The notes: generated by a model from the letters alone, not told the origin. A DNA stretch of 64,000 nt from Candidatus Thorarchaeota archaeon (GCA_016933575.1 JAFGAR010000028.1:96001-160000), one strand, 5' to 3'. Positions 39,720 through 50,515 are shown, counted from the stretch's first letter. A program made the numbers and translations.

Positions 39720-40097
39720 ATGAGAGGTCCCGCTAAATCAGAACCGTGCTGTCCACCAGATTGCTGTGATATGAGAGGACTTCTAACCTTCCAAATTCTC
39801 TGGGAGCTTGAACAAGAGGAATTAAATGGGCAGCAGATTGCGGATAAAATTGCCAAGAGAAGAGGTATCAAACCGACGCCAGGCACAATTTATCCCGCGC
39901 TGAAAGAGTTGAAAGAGGGAGGGCTTATCAGCGGCAGAAAAGAAGGAAGGCAGATTTTGTACAGTCTAACATCTGAAGGTAAAAAAGGATTGGAGCAAGC
40001 TTCGGTTTATTTTCATCAAGCCTTTGGTGATATTGCAGAAGATGTCAAGGTTAAGGTCAAGGTCATCGTAATTGATGATGATGATTGTAGATGTTGA
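39720..40097 (+). CDS. PadR-family transcriptional regulator with Cys-rich termini
   Basis: PTPGTIYPALKEL…GLI…YSLTSEGK; N-terminal CCPPDCC, C-terminal CRC; the track's upstream extension merely translates the operator boxes. Confidence 0.88.
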   Translation: MRGPAKSEPCCPPDCCDMRGLLTFQILWELEQEELNGQQIADKIAKRRGIKPTPGTIYPALKELKEGGLISGRKEGRQILYSLTSEGKKGLEQASVYFHQAFGDIAEDVKVKVKVIVIDDDDCRC

Positions 40098-40205
40098 TAA
40101 CAATCGTTATGCATATTATTCCTTAAATTTAAAAGACGATTTATATACTAAATCTTGTTCCTTATATACTATATAAGGCCAGAGAACAGGCAGGAGTATG
40201 AGCAG

Positions 40206-40814
40206 ATGCCACGTCCAGATCCAATAACGAAAATCGAGAACGTTGTCGCCTCGGTCATTTTAAACCAGCGACTGGACCTCGATGAGATAGCAGCTACAAT
40301 GCCTAATGTTGAATTCGACCCGGAACAATTCCCAGGTCTTGTCTATCGACTAAAGAAACCCAAGACAGCTACGCTCATCTTTAACTCAGGAAAAATGGTC
40401 TGCACTGGAGCGAAATCTGAGAAGGAATCAAAACGTGCAGTGCATAAAATTGTCAAGAACATCAAAGAAGCAGGTATTGAAATAACTGGTAAACCAATCA
40501 TTGTTGTCCAAAACATTGTAGCCAGCGCAAGCCTTGGGGCAGAGCTCAATCTTGAACTCGCTGCAATGAAGTTGGAAAATACGCTCTACGAGCCAGAGCA
40601 GTTCCCAGGCTTGATATACAGAATGAGAGACCCCAAGGTCGTTATCCTTTTGTTTGGATCTGGTAAACTTGTTATTACTGGAGCAAAGTTTGAACCGCAA
40701 ATTGACGAAGCAGCTTTGAAGGTCATGGACCGTCTACTTGAGCTTGGAGTCATGAGGATTCCTGAAGGAGAAGACTGGGGTCAAGCAGTAACCGAAGTTG
40801 ATGATGAATGGTAA
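40206..40814 (+). CDS. tbp: TATA-box binding protein
   Basis: Two repeats NVVAS/NIVAS, F/Y-x-PEQFPGL-x-YR, LIFNSGKMVCTGAK/LLFGSGKLVITGAK; acidic tail. Confidence 0.97.
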   Translation: MPRPDPITKIENVVASVILNQRLDLDEIAATMPNVEFDPEQFPGLVYRLKKPKTATLIFNSGKMVCTGAKSEKESKRAVHKIVKNIKEAGIEITGKPIIVVQNIVASASLGAELNLELAAMKLENTLYEPEQFPGLIYRMRDPKVVILLFGSGKLVITGAKFEPQIDEAALKVMDRLLELGVMRIPEGEDWGQAVTEVDDEW

Positions 40815-40885
40815 ACTAAAAAGGTTCTCAAGACTCGATATTTGGGAACCATCACTTGTTTTACCTAATGTGTCTTTGAAACCAT

Positions 40886-41995
40886 CTATTTCTTTGATTT
40901 CTTCGATACAGATGCCTTCTTCTTTGCTTCAGTCTTTTTGCCCTTTTTGGAAGGCTGTACTTTTGATTTGGTCACACTCTTTGTCTTGATACTCTTCTGC
41001 GTAGATACTATCTCTTGATTGGTAGCAGCTGCATACAACTCAACTGTTGCTTTGGTATCTACATCATAGACAGAACCAAGTCTCTTAATTTCCTGAATGT
41101 TCTCTTTGCGGACCATCTTTGCACCTAATCGCTTTGCCAGTCTTAGTATGCGTACAGTAGATCTTGCCTGCATACCTTCATTGAACATGACCACTGGTAA
41201 TATGTAAGCCATTACAAAGAAAGGCAAGCCAATTGTCCATAATAGTGCTACTGTAGAGTGGAGAACAATCTGAGCTGGTGCAAGGGTATTGCCATTTAAT
41301 ATGGGAAGAATAATTGGTTCGTAGAATTGACTAATGAACATAGTAATTGGAAATGCTAGCAAAGCATAACCACCCAGCATATTAGCTATCCAACGTCCTA
41401 CGCCCTGAGTATCTGGGCATTGCCGATAGTACAGACTCTCAGATTTAAGATGAGTCACTACTCCAGCATCGTTTAGTACCCATGTGGGCATAAAGAGCAA
41501 CAAAGCAATCGGGACAAAAAGAAGTGCGCCCATCAAGGAAAGACTCGCAGGATATAGCGCTTCATATTCAGGAGGTATTATGAGTCCAGTCGGAAATAGA
41601 ATGTCCTCGATTATACTACTGAACATCTGTGAGAAGGCTACACTAAAGAGAGCTGGAGCAGCCGCACGACGGACCATCTGGGTTCCGCCAAACTCACGAC
41701 CGATATTCATGATATTCATTTCATACCTAGTGGATTTCACAACCCGAGTAATTAGGAGGACCACGACTGCAATAGGTACAGCAAATAAAGCATATTCTAC
41801 AAATAGAATAGGTAGTGCAATTACCATGATCATTACAATATCAGTACTCATTGTGGGACTTAGTGTTTCAGGAAATAGCTGAGTTGCAGGCACTGCCTGT
41901 ATGACCAGCGTTATCAGGTAAATAGCTACAAATGTCCCAGCTAGAAACATGAATAATGGTGTGAGAAATCTTGCCTTTCCCATTCTAATGACCAT
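40886..41995 (-). CDS. membrane protein with Lys-rich C-terminal tail
   Basis: ~6 hydrophobic helices; tail KKGKKTEAKKKASVSKKSKK. Confidence 0.75.
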   Translation of the reverse strand: MVIRMGKARFLTPLFMFLAGTFVAIYLITLVIQAVPATQLFPETLSPTMSTDIVMIMVIALPILFVEYALFAVPIAVVVLLITRVVKSTRYEMNIMNIGREFGGTQMVRRAAAPALFSVAFSQMFSSIIEDILFPTGLIIPPEYEALYPASLSLMGALLFVPIALLLFMPTWVLNDAGVVTHLKSESLYYRQCPDTQGVGRWIANMLGGYALLAFPITMFISQFYEPIILPILNGNTLAPAQIVLHSTVALLWTIGLPFFVMAYILPVVMFNEGMQARSTVRILRLAKRLGAKMVRKENIQEIKRLGSVYDVDTKATVELYAAATNQEIVSTQKSIKTKSVTKSKVQPSKKGKKTEAKKKASVSKKSKK

Positions 41996-42062
41996 CGGTG
42001 TAGGATGAAATCGGTCTGTTAAGCTTTCCGAGAAATTTCTCGATATATTTCAAGCGTTTTTC

Positions 42063-43238
42063 CTAGAACAGGCTGAGCATCTCCCAAAGAGGTGGAATGC
42101 ACAGCACCAAGATGACCATTGCAATGAAGAAGAGTGCAACTCGTCCCTTTGAGACCTTCACTGTGTCATTAAGAGGACCCGGATGACTTCCACCACCTGA
42201 GAGGACTAAGATCAATATTGCAAAGGTATAGAATTGAGCCAGAAGAAGAAGTACAATACCAACCCATCCAATTCTTCTGTGCCATTTTGAATCGACAAGT
42301 GATCGAAGAGCATGACCTCCATCAAGCTGAGAGATTGGAAACAGATTGAGTGCAGTCACTAACATTCCTACCCAGGCAGCAAATGCAACTGGGTGAAGGT
42401 AGATTGTACCACCAACAGGAATGTAATCGATGAACACATACTCCATCAGAGTGAAGAGAAATGGAACAGCCAATGATGCGGACTGGTTTGGAAAAGCTTG
42501 ATCTATAGCAATCAACTGCTCAGCTGTGACGGGGACTGACAGGAAGAAACCTATTACAAGGACAACCAGTGTTACTACGAATCCAGCTAAGGGACCTGCA
42601 AGACCCATATCAAGAAGATCAGAGCGATTCTCTGTTGGACTCTTCTGAGAGATGAATGCACCAAAAGTCCCACCAATCTGCGGCAGACCGGGTATGAAGT
42701 AAGGGAGTGATGCTTCAATATTCAATCGTCTTGCGGTAGTGTAGTGACCCATTTCATGAGTAAATATGATACCCATTAGTGAAGCAACAAAAATCAATGT
42801 GGTAAAGAGTATGTCCCACATTGTATAGCCTTGTGGATAGAAGAGTGCCAAAAAGATAGGACTCGTAGCTTGCAGAAAACCACCAAGCGAAATGCTGGCA
42901 AGAGTCACGATGAAGAGTGCGTAATTAATACGAGTGTCACTCTTTCCAGGTACCTGTTGGGGAACAAAACGAATGATGTATTCTCCTTCCTTCTCATTTC
43001 GCCATCGCACAATAGGCCAAACTTTCAGGGGTTTAGTCAAGCTAGTAATTTCTTTGAATACAACATCCTGCTCTTCATTACTTGGAACATCACCATGAGC
43101 CCACTGAACAACGAAGGTAGGCATTCCGTGCTCAAGTACACTCATTTTAATTTCAAATTTATTTGACAGGATCTGGTTCAATTCAGCAAATGTCGGATAG
43201 GTGATGACACTGCTTGATGCATCTTCATCAATGGACAA
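42063..43238 (-). CDS. site-2 protease (peptidase M50)
   Basis: HEMGH, AGPLAG, NLFPISQLDGGH; likely TTG start at 43238. Confidence 0.92.
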   Translation of the reverse strand: MSIDEDASSSVITYPTFAELNQILSNKFEIKMSVLEHGMPTFVVQWAHGDVPSNEEQDVVFKEITSLTKPLKVWPIVRWRNEKEGEYIIRFVPQQVPGKSDTRINYALFIVTLASISLGGFLQATSPIFLALFYPQGYTMWDILFTTLIFVASLMGIIFTHEMGHYTTARRLNIEASLPYFIPGLPQIGGTFGAFISQKSPTENRSDLLDMGLAGPLAGFVVTLVVLVIGFFLSVPVTAEQLIAIDQAFPNQSASLAVPFLFTLMEYVFIDYIPVGGTIYLHPVAFAAWVGMLVTALNLFPISQLDGGHALRSLVDSKWHRRIGWVGIVLLLLAQFYTFAILILVLSGGGSHPGPLNDTVKVSKGRVALFFIAMVILVLCIPPLWEMLSLF

Positions 43239-43473
43239 GGTATTCTTTCTCCAGTTATGTAGGCAGTGTTGGATTTTCCATTGAAGCATTATAAGAATAT
43301 CCGCTCAGGCAGATATCAGTCACGCATGAAATATGACTTTTCAAATTTGGAATCATTTGATTTCTCGACTGATACCTTGCACTCCAGCCCAACGAAAAAC
43401 CAGCTTTCTGTTAGTTTCTGTTCTATAATTAGATTGATGTCAGTTGAAGAAACAAGAATGAAAGGGTAAGTAA

Positions 43474-45315
43474 TTGATGGTGGATATAAGTATCAATGGA
43501 GAATTGTCTAAGGTTCTAGGTTTATTGATACTCTTCATTATAGGCATGTCATTGCCAAATATCATTGGCTTTGGACCTTTGAATAATTCAGAATTGGATA
43601 CAAATATTCTCTCAAATTACACCTACGTCAATATAGATGGAGATGCGGATTGGATAACTCAAGGATTTCTTGGAAACGGAACTATTAACAATCCATATAG
43701 AGTGGAGAATCTAACAGGAATATACTCTATATCGATCCAAAATTCTACAGCTCATTTCATTGTTAAAAACTGCATAATCGATGGTGGAGGCTATTTCATA
43801 TTTTCACATAACGGATTGATCATGAATTCTTCATTTGGATCTACAGTCCTTATATCATACTCATCAAACCTTACTTTTTCGGAAATTGAAAATATTATTC
43901 CACGTGAGAGCGATTATAGTGGAGTGGAGTATGGTGTGACTCTATATCAATCACAGAACATAATCATAGAAACAGCTGTGGTAGCAAATGCTGCAAAATA
44001 CGGAGTAGATGTTCAATTTTGTACAAATTTCACATTGAGTAATTGTTCCATTTATGGTTGTGGATCGGTTTCGTACCAAACTACTGGTGCTGGCTCTTAT
44101 ATTCCGCCAACTGGAGGCGCTCTAATGATAACCTGTTCTTCGTATTTGGTAATTCATAATAATACGATTATGGAGAATTTAGGAGGTGATATAGCGATAT
44201 ATTATTCTGAAGATATGAGAATTTCGAATAATACCGCGATAGGGCCTATAGTCATGGAATCGAGAGATATTAGTATCTACAATAATTCACTAAAAAGTGG
44301 AGTTTCTTTGAGGAGTTGCATCAACTGTATAATCAAGTACAATGATTTTGGTGAAGTAGGTCTGGACTTATATGGGAATCAATCATGCCTTATACATAGT
44401 GTTTCCAACAATAATGTTCTGAATCAACCTCTTTTCTATGCAAATAGCCAGACCGATCTGGAAATTTCAAAATCAGTATATGGTCAGATAATATTTGTAA
44501 ATTGTTCAAAATCAAGACTAACTGAACTTGTCATTAGTGAGTCTAGACCATCAATTAAATTGCTCGACTGCTTGAATACCAGTATAAGAAACAGTATCTT
44601 TCCATCAATATACATCCACCATTCAGATACCACAACCATCGAAAATTGTACTATAGTAAAAGGTCAACCATATGCAATTGGTTGTTATTTGTCAAATTTG
44701 AGTTTGATAGCAAATAATGAAATTCGTGATTCGACACTAGGAGTACTAATTACTGGATCGCACAATGTTACGATATATAGAAACAATATTGTAGATGTTC
44801 TCCGTCACGGAATTACAATTGAGAATTGTGAATTTTGCATTGTTGAAGAAAATTCTGTAACAGGGTGTGCGACACCCTATTCATATCCGATAGCATACTA
44901 TACGCCTTTTGTAATTTACTATGCTGCAATCAAAGTATCAGGTGATTCTTGTTTAATCAAGAATAATACGATATCGAACAACCATGGCTATGGTATCTGG
45001 GTGACCGGAAAATCTAACATATTATATTTGAACAACATCTATGGAAATGGAGTCAGTAATGCGCTAAGTAACGGAGAAGATAATCAGTGGGATAATGGCA
45101 TCGACACAGGCAATAAATGGGGAGATTGGAATGGTCTTGGATGGTATGCAATTCCAGGAGATGAAGGGTGCTTCGACAGATTCCCAATGCATTCCTCGCA
45201 ATCATTCTTGGGAGGATTTTATGGACTATTGATTGTAGCAATACCCTCGTTAGTCTTATTCGTGGCTATTTTCTATTGGATTCATAAAACCCATCAAAAG
45301 AACAAGCACAATTAG
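43474..45315 (+). CDS. NosD-like right-handed beta-helix surface protein with C-terminal TM
   Basis: GNGTINNPYRVENL; repeated I-x-N-N-x-I/GI units; DNQWDNG…GNKWGD; TM plus basic tail. Confidence 0.82.
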   Translation: MMVDISINGELSKVLGLLILFIIGMSLPNIIGFGPLNNSELDTNILSNYTYVNIDGDADWITQGFLGNGTINNPYRVENLTGIYSISIQNSTAHFIVKNCIIDGGGYFIFSHNGLIMNSSFGSTVLISYSSNLTFSEIENIIPRESDYSGVEYGVTLYQSQNIIIETAVVANAAKYGVDVQFCTNFTLSNCSIYGCGSVSYQTTGAGSYIPPTGGALMITCSSYLVIHNNTIMENLGGDIAIYYSEDMRISNNTAIGPIVMESRDISIYNNSLKSGVSLRSCINCIIKYNDFGEVGLDLYGNQSCLIHSVSNNNVLNQPLFYANSQTDLEISKSVYGQIIFVNCSKSRLTELVISESRPSIKLLDCLNTSIRNSIFPSIYIHHSDTTTIENCTIVKGQPYAIGCYLSNLSLIANNEIRDSTLGVLITGSHNVTIYRNNIVDVLRHGITIENCEFCIVEENSVTGCATPYSYPIAYYTPFVIYYAAIKVSGDSCLIKNNTISNNHGYGIWVTGKSNILYLNNIYGNGVSNALSNGEDNQWDNGIDTGNKWGDWNGLGWYAIPGDEGCFDRFPMHSSQSFLGGFYGLLIVAIPSLVLFVAIFYWIHKTHQKNKHN

Positions 45316-45321
45316 AGTATA

Positions 45322-47235
45322 CTAAGTATTAATGGAGTTAGCGAGATTAAATGCACCATGAACTACATCAAGAAGGTTCATTGTTTTTACGACTGATCCC
45401 ACACTATCAAAGGGGATTCCTCTTTTCTGCAGCTGGAGGAGGAGCCTATCTCTAGGTTGTGGCTCAGTTGCTAGAACAATGGTCTTTGCCTTGACATGAT
45501 GGTATGCTCCATCCTGTAAGACGATGATATACTTGCTCTCAATCTCAACAACACGAGCCTCAGTGTAAACCTTTACAGCTCTGGCCTTCAATCCCTGAAG
45601 AATAACCCATCTTGTTGTTCGACCAAGATCGACACCAATGGTCTCATCTGAATCAAATATCTGAACAGAATCCGCTCTCGAGGCAAGATTCAATGCTGTG
45701 TAGCAACCGAGTGCTCTACCACCAATAACAATGACATCGCCAAGGTCATCTAGATCTAGCGATAACACATCATAGGCAGTAGTCACATGTGAGCTCTCAA
45801 CACCATCTACAGGAGGGGCTCCTGCAATAGTTCCGGTGGCACAGATGATCCTGTCATAATTTTCATCGATCAATGTCTTGGCATTTACAAGTGTATTAAG
45901 GACTACATTTACACCGAGTTCTCTGAGTTCGTGTTCCATATGACTCACATAAGCAGCAAACTCGCCTCTTCCTGGAATTTTTGCTGCAAGATTAAGAAGT
46001 CCGCCAAGCCGCTTGTTCTCTTCATAGAGAGTAACATTGAATCCTCTACTAGCAAGCACACGAGATGTCTCCATCCCAGCAGGACCACCACCAATGATTG
46101 CTATCCGTCCAGGGCATTGAAAGCCAAGAGACCTATCAGTCTCATAACCAGTAAGAGGATTTATTGCGCATGTCACAGGCTCCATCATGAATACGCGATC
46201 TAAGCAACCTTGATTGCATGCAATACAGGGACGTATACTTTGTTGTCTTCCTTCACGAGCTTTGGTTGGAAATTCTGGGTCAGCTAAGAATCCTCTGGAC
46301 ATTCCAATTAACTGAGCCTTTCCTCTTGAGAGAATTCGTTCAGCTATGGAGATACTATTGATACGATTGCTTGCGACCACTGGAACATCTACAACATCAG
46401 CAATCCCTTCAGCCAGATAGGCATAATGTCCTCTGGGGACATTCATTGTAATTTGAGGGACCTTTGTTTCATGCCACCCTCCAGTAACATCGAAACAATC
46501 AACTCCGGCTTCGCGCAACCAAGGAGCCAGAATCTTGTTATCTTCTAACTTCAGTCCATCTGGGATAAAGTCTTCACCACTCATTCGGTAGAGAATGGGA
46601 AAATCATGACCGACAGAATTTCGGACACTACGAACGACCTCAAGAGCAAATCTGGCACGAAATTCTAATGATCCACCATATTCATCATCTCGTAGATTTG
46701 TTGCGGGTGCTAGGAACTGGTTAATGAGATATCCTGCAGAACCGATGATCTCAACGCTATCAAAACCAGCCGCCTTAGCGCGGGAAGCGGCTTTACCAAA
46801 GCTAGATACAGTCGCATCTATCTCTTCCTTACCAAGAGGTCGTGATGTCTCTCGAGTAAGTCTGCATTTGGTAGCCGAAGCTGAAACAGCTTGCTGCCCC
46901 AGGATAAGCGAGTGTGCGTATCTACCAGCGTGATAGAGTTGAGCAGCTACTGGAACATCAAAAGATTTGATGACATCAACAAGCCTACTCAGACCTGCTA
47001 TATGCTCATCACGAGAGATTCCAATCATTGTTGGACTGCTCATGCCAAGATGCTCAGTATAGCAACCTCCTACAATGATCATTCCAGGTCGATGTCTGGC
47101 TCGTTCACGATAGAACTCTATTAGTCGTTCAGTGACTATGCCATCTTCGTCGCAATAACCAAGATGAGTTGCAAGCATAACTAAGCGATTATCGAGTGTC
47201 ATGTTGCTGATGGATATAGGTTCCCAGAGTTTCAT
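45322..47235 (-). CDS. fadH: 2,4-dienoyl-CoA reductase-like NADH:flavin oxidoreductase (OYE plus FAD domains)
   Basis: QLYHAGRYA, GYLINQFL, RDDEYGGS, CIACNQGCLD Fe-S motif, GGGPAGME. Confidence 0.85.
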   Translation of the reverse strand: MKLWEPISISNMTLDNRLVMLATHLGYCDEDGIVTERLIEFYRERARHRPGMIIVGGCYTEHLGMSSPTMIGISRDEHIAGLSRLVDVIKSFDVPVAAQLYHAGRYAHSLILGQQAVSASATKCRLTRETSRPLGKEEIDATVSSFGKAASRAKAAGFDSVEIIGSAGYLINQFLAPATNLRDDEYGGSLEFRARFALEVVRSVRNSVGHDFPILYRMSGEDFIPDGLKLEDNKILAPWLREAGVDCFDVTGGWHETKVPQITMNVPRGHYAYLAEGIADVVDVPVVASNRINSISIAERILSRGKAQLIGMSRGFLADPEFPTKAREGRQQSIRPCIACNQGCLDRVFMMEPVTCAINPLTGYETDRSLGFQCPGRIAIIGGGPAGMETSRVLASRGFNVTLYEENKRLGGLLNLAAKIPGRGEFAAYVSHMEHELRELGVNVVLNTLVNAKTLIDENYDRIICATGTIAGAPPVDGVESSHVTTAYDVLSLDLDDLGDVIVIGGRALGCYTALNLASRADSVQIFDSDETIGVDLGRTTRWVILQGLKARAVKVYTEARVVEIESKYIIVLQDGAYHHVKAKTIVLATEPQPRDRLLLQLQKRGIPFDSVGSVVKTMNLLDVVHGAFNLANSINT

Positions 47236-47247
47236 TTGTCCTAGACC

Positions 47248-48087
47248 TCACCTGTAAAACTTGAACCAATGGTCCAGAGACCTCACACACCATCGATCAA
47301 TTCCCTGAGTGAATGCAGCAGGAATCATTCCCTTTGACATGAACTCATCAACAGAGAGTTTAGATGATAGGGCAGCCTTAACATTATCCCTGAGTTCAGA
47401 CATGGCTTTTTCATAGGTCTCGACATAGTCAGTATCGCAAACTGGTCCATGACCTGGAATAATATAGTCATAGTCTGATTTTTTTATTTCATGAAGATCT
47501 TTGATCCATAAGTCAGGATTGCAGGATGGATCACCAGCATAGGGAAATGAACCACTGAAGATGAGATCGCCTACAAAAATACAGTTTTGTTGATGAGCAA
47601 TAACAACAGATGACCCAGAAGTATGACCGCCTAATAGCTTTAAAGTGACATCCTCACTAGCTCCGAGTCTGATCTCATCGCTGAATGTAATGTTTGGCGG
47701 TTTTATTGATAAAGTCTGAAGAGATTCCCAGAGTTCAGGACGTTCGTCTTTTGTTGAAGCATACCCATTCAATAGCTCTTGATGTTTCCAATTAGTAGCC
47801 AAAGCTTCGTCGCAATTCTTTCTCATGGGTGTTGATGCGATTCTACTAATGGAACCAAATGCTTGTGCTCCAAAGACATGGTCAGAATGATAGTGGGTAT
47901 AGATTAGTTTGAGCAAGGGAAGTTCATACTGAGTCGTCAGATATTCATACATCTCGCGAGTCTTTGTATGCACCATTCCTGAATCGATTTGAAGTATCTC
48001 GTCCTCTAAAACAATCGAGCCCACATTCCCCCCATTTTGTCCATCTGTATCAGCTAAGATACCATCAATAATCTTCTGAATGGTCAT
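47248..48087 (-). CDS. MBL-fold metallo-hydrolase
   Basis: THYHSDHVFG, GHTSGS, GDL, PGHG. Confidence 0.9.
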   Translation of the reverse strand: MTIQKIIDGILADTDGQNGGNVGSIVLEDEILQIDSGMVHTKTREMYEYLTTQYELPLLKLIYTHYHSDHVFGAQAFGSISRIASTPMRKNCDEALATNWKHQELLNGYASTKDERPELWESLQTLSIKPPNITFSDEIRLGASEDVTLKLLGGHTSGSSVVIAHQQNCIFVGDLIFSGSFPYAGDPSCNPDLWIKDLHEIKKSDYDYIIPGHGPVCDTDYVETYEKAMSELRDNVKAALSSKLSVDEFMSKGMIPAAFTQGIDRWCVRSLDHWFKFYR

Positions 48088-48153
48088 ATTCTGAAACCCG
48101 GGTCACAATCTGATATACTTGACTAATACAGTGATTTGATTCAAGATTGATGA

Positions 48154-48804
48154 TTAACTAGAAGCTAATGTGCGAATAATGCCTTCGATGGCACCATCGG
48201 GACCTTTGAAAACTCGAACCCTGAACTCAACACCAAGTCGCTCAGCAATGCCTCTACATGCCTCAATATCCACGCCGGGAATGTCAACAGCTGATAGCTC
48301 AACCCTCATGTACTTCCTACATCGTTCAGCAAATTCCAAGATAGAATCGTACGCTAATCGCCCCAACTTAGGCTGGCATAGCCGTAGATAGGTATCTGAA
48401 TTGTGGGCGTTAAGGGATATCTGTATTCTATCCAATCCTGCTTCTGCAAGTTCCGAGGGCACATCACGTGTGGTGTACAAGAGGAGGGCTTGCCCATTGG
48501 TATTCATCCTTATTGGGATGTTGCAGATTTCTTTCAATTTCTTGATTGCAGCAAGAGTTCCATCCAGATTTAGCAATGGTTCTCCAAATCCTACGATAGC
48601 CACATCTGTAAAATCGGGTTGCCATGTTGCCTCAATTTCTTGAATCAACTCCTCAGGAGTAGGATCATTATCAAGAACGAGATTGAACCCAAAGACTCCT
48701 TCACCGTAATTACGGACACAAAAGATGCAATCATTCACGCAACGAGAAGACGGGTTGATGTAAAAGCTACCCTCCCGCCAATATGTTAGGTTTCTTCTTG
48801 ACAT
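48154..48804 (-). CDS. radical SAM protein of the TatD-associated family
   Basis: YINPSSRCVNDCIFCVR, GFGEPLL, RMNTNG, ISLNA. Confidence 0.85.
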   Translation of the reverse strand: MSRRNLTYWREGSFYINPSSRCVNDCIFCVRNYGEGVFGFNLVLDNDPTPEELIQEIEATWQPDFTDVAIVGFGEPLLNLDGTLAAIKKLKEICNIPIRMNTNGQALLLYTTRDVPSELAEAGLDRIQISLNAHNSDTYLRLCQPKLGRLAYDSILEFAERCRKYMRVELSAVDIPGVDIEACRGIAERLGVEFRVRVFKGPDGAIEGIIRTLASS

Positions 48805-48901
48805 TTATCCAACACATCTTTCGTTGAATCGCCACTAGTGAGTTGCTCAAATTGGGTTGCGCCTTTTCTGCATTTAACCGTCTCGAAATCGGCGGTATGT
48901 G

Positions 48902-50512
48902 TTAGCCAAATGCCCAAAGCATGGTCAGGATAGCTGTTGCCAGAGTCATTAAAAGTGCAACAACAAGACCATATCGAATTACTTGTCCTTCAATGCCAAT
49001 CTCATCAATTACTGCTGCTGCATTCTGTATCTTAGCAGGGCTTAACACGCTGGCTAATCCACCTCCAATACCATTTGAGGCTGACACAACCAATGCATTT
49101 GCACCAATGATTGTACTCGTATCAACATGATATTTTGTAAACATGGCTATTGCTGAGGTTTCAGATCCAGAGATGAATCCTGCAAGGAGACCTAGAAATG
49201 GTGCAAGTATCGGATATAATATCCCGAGACCTGCGGTCATGGATGCTAGAAGGTATATCATATTATTTGATGGATCGAGACCATTGACAAGGTCTGTTGG
49301 ATTAAGCCATGTGCCTGAAGCATCAACTATCCAGCCGCTGAAATTCATGACTTCAGCCATCGCAAAGAAGATAGCTGCAGCGAGAACTGGGCGGGGAGCT
49401 CTCTTTTTGAATCCTACAAATGTACGTTTCAAGACTTCTCTATCAGTCTTCAAAAAGGGCATTGACACAAGGGTCGCAACAAGCATCAATGTATATGCTT
49501 GCCAAATCACTCTTGTTTTGATGGCAACTGGATAGCCACCAATCTGAAGTGGGAGAGCAAGGTCAGTAAAAAGAAAGTCGAAGATTGGAGGTATCATATT
49601 TGTTACGAGGCTCAATATCACAAGAACAACCCATGGGATACTAGCTCGTGACAGACTCATCTTTGATTCAACTTCAAAATCCTTTTCATCCAAGGTACTT
49701 CGATCGATTATGGGATTACCCCTTACACGTGTATATACAAATAGAACTAGGAGAACCCCTGCACCTGCAAAGACATTTGTTAGAGTGGTAAGTGGCAATA
49801 GAACATTACATACAATCGCCATCGTCCCTGCAGTAAGTCCACATAAAACAGCCAAGACTATTCCATCTTTACTCATGAGGAGTTTACGACCACCAGCTAT
49901 CCACAGCATCGATATAGCAATACCCAGACTGACTATAGGCATAAACCAAGCAAAAACTGAACCTGCCTCCTGAAGTGTAATTGTTGTACCCCAAGCCGAA
50001 TATTCCCCAGTGAATACGACGGCAGGGACGCCAAGAAGAGCGAAGGTTGTGAGGGGATCATATCCAATAGAGGGAAGAGCTACAGCTACCATGGGTGAAA
50101 ACCCGAGGGCAAGCATTACTGGTGGAAGCATTGAAACAGGAGTAGCTCCAATTCCAACAAGAAACAGTCCAAGACCAAAACTAATCATCAAAATCTGCAT
50201 TGGGCGACTGCCACCGCCCAGGGTCTTGAAAAAAACTATCAGTCTTTGAAGAGATCCTGTCTCTTGCATATAGGTCATCATCAATATTGATGTGGCAACC
50301 ATTAGTGAAATTGGGAACGACTTTACAATGCCTGCTAGACTAGCAGTTAATGCAATTGAAATATCTGTTTGAAATGCTACTATCGCTATGATAATTGTCA
50401 CTAACCAGACAATCACACCTGTAGTATCCGCTGCCTTTCTCATGAAAACAAGAAGTCCAAAGGCAAGTAGAATTGGTGAAATAATTAGCAGAAATCCTAG
50501 TAATGCATCCAT
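48902..50512 (-). CDS. L-lactate permease family transporter
   Basis: Polytopic; GFISGSETSAIAMF, GGGLASVLSPAKI. Confidence 0.82.
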   Translation of the reverse strand: MDALLGFLLIISPILLAFGLLVFMRKAADTTGVIVWLVTIIIAIVAFQTDISIALTASLAGIVKSFPISLMVATSILMMTYMQETGSLQRLIVFFKTLGGGSRPMQILMISFGLGLFLVGIGATPVSMLPPVMLALGFSPMVAVALPSIGYDPLTTFALLGVPAVVFTGEYSAWGTTITLQEAGSVFAWFMPIVSLGIAISMLWIAGGRKLLMSKDGIVLAVLCGLTAGTMAIVCNVLLPLTTLTNVFAGAGVLLVLFVYTRVRGNPIIDRSTLDEKDFEVESKMSLSRASIPWVVLVILSLVTNMIPPIFDFLFTDLALPLQIGGYPVAIKTRVIWQAYTLMLVATLVSMPFLKTDREVLKRTFVGFKKRAPRPVLAAAIFFAMAEVMNFSGWIVDASGTWLNPTDLVNGLDPSNNMIYLLASMTAGLGILYPILAPFLGLLAGFISGSETSAIAMFTKYHVDTSTIIGANALVVSASNGIGGGLASVLSPAKIQNAAAVIDEIGIEGQVIRYGLVVALLMTLATAILTMLWAFG

Positions 50513-50515
50513 GAT

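Noticed and set aside
40086-40145. PadR ends Cys-Arg-Cys-TGA-TAA, suggesting a possible terminal selenocysteine
   Set aside because: No SECIS-like element is recognisable downstream, and tandem stops occur elsewhere in the window (TGATAG at 15335, TGATGA at 8555)
43266-43469. 67-aa plus-strand ORF
   Set aside because: No recognisable motif; lies in a divergent promoter region
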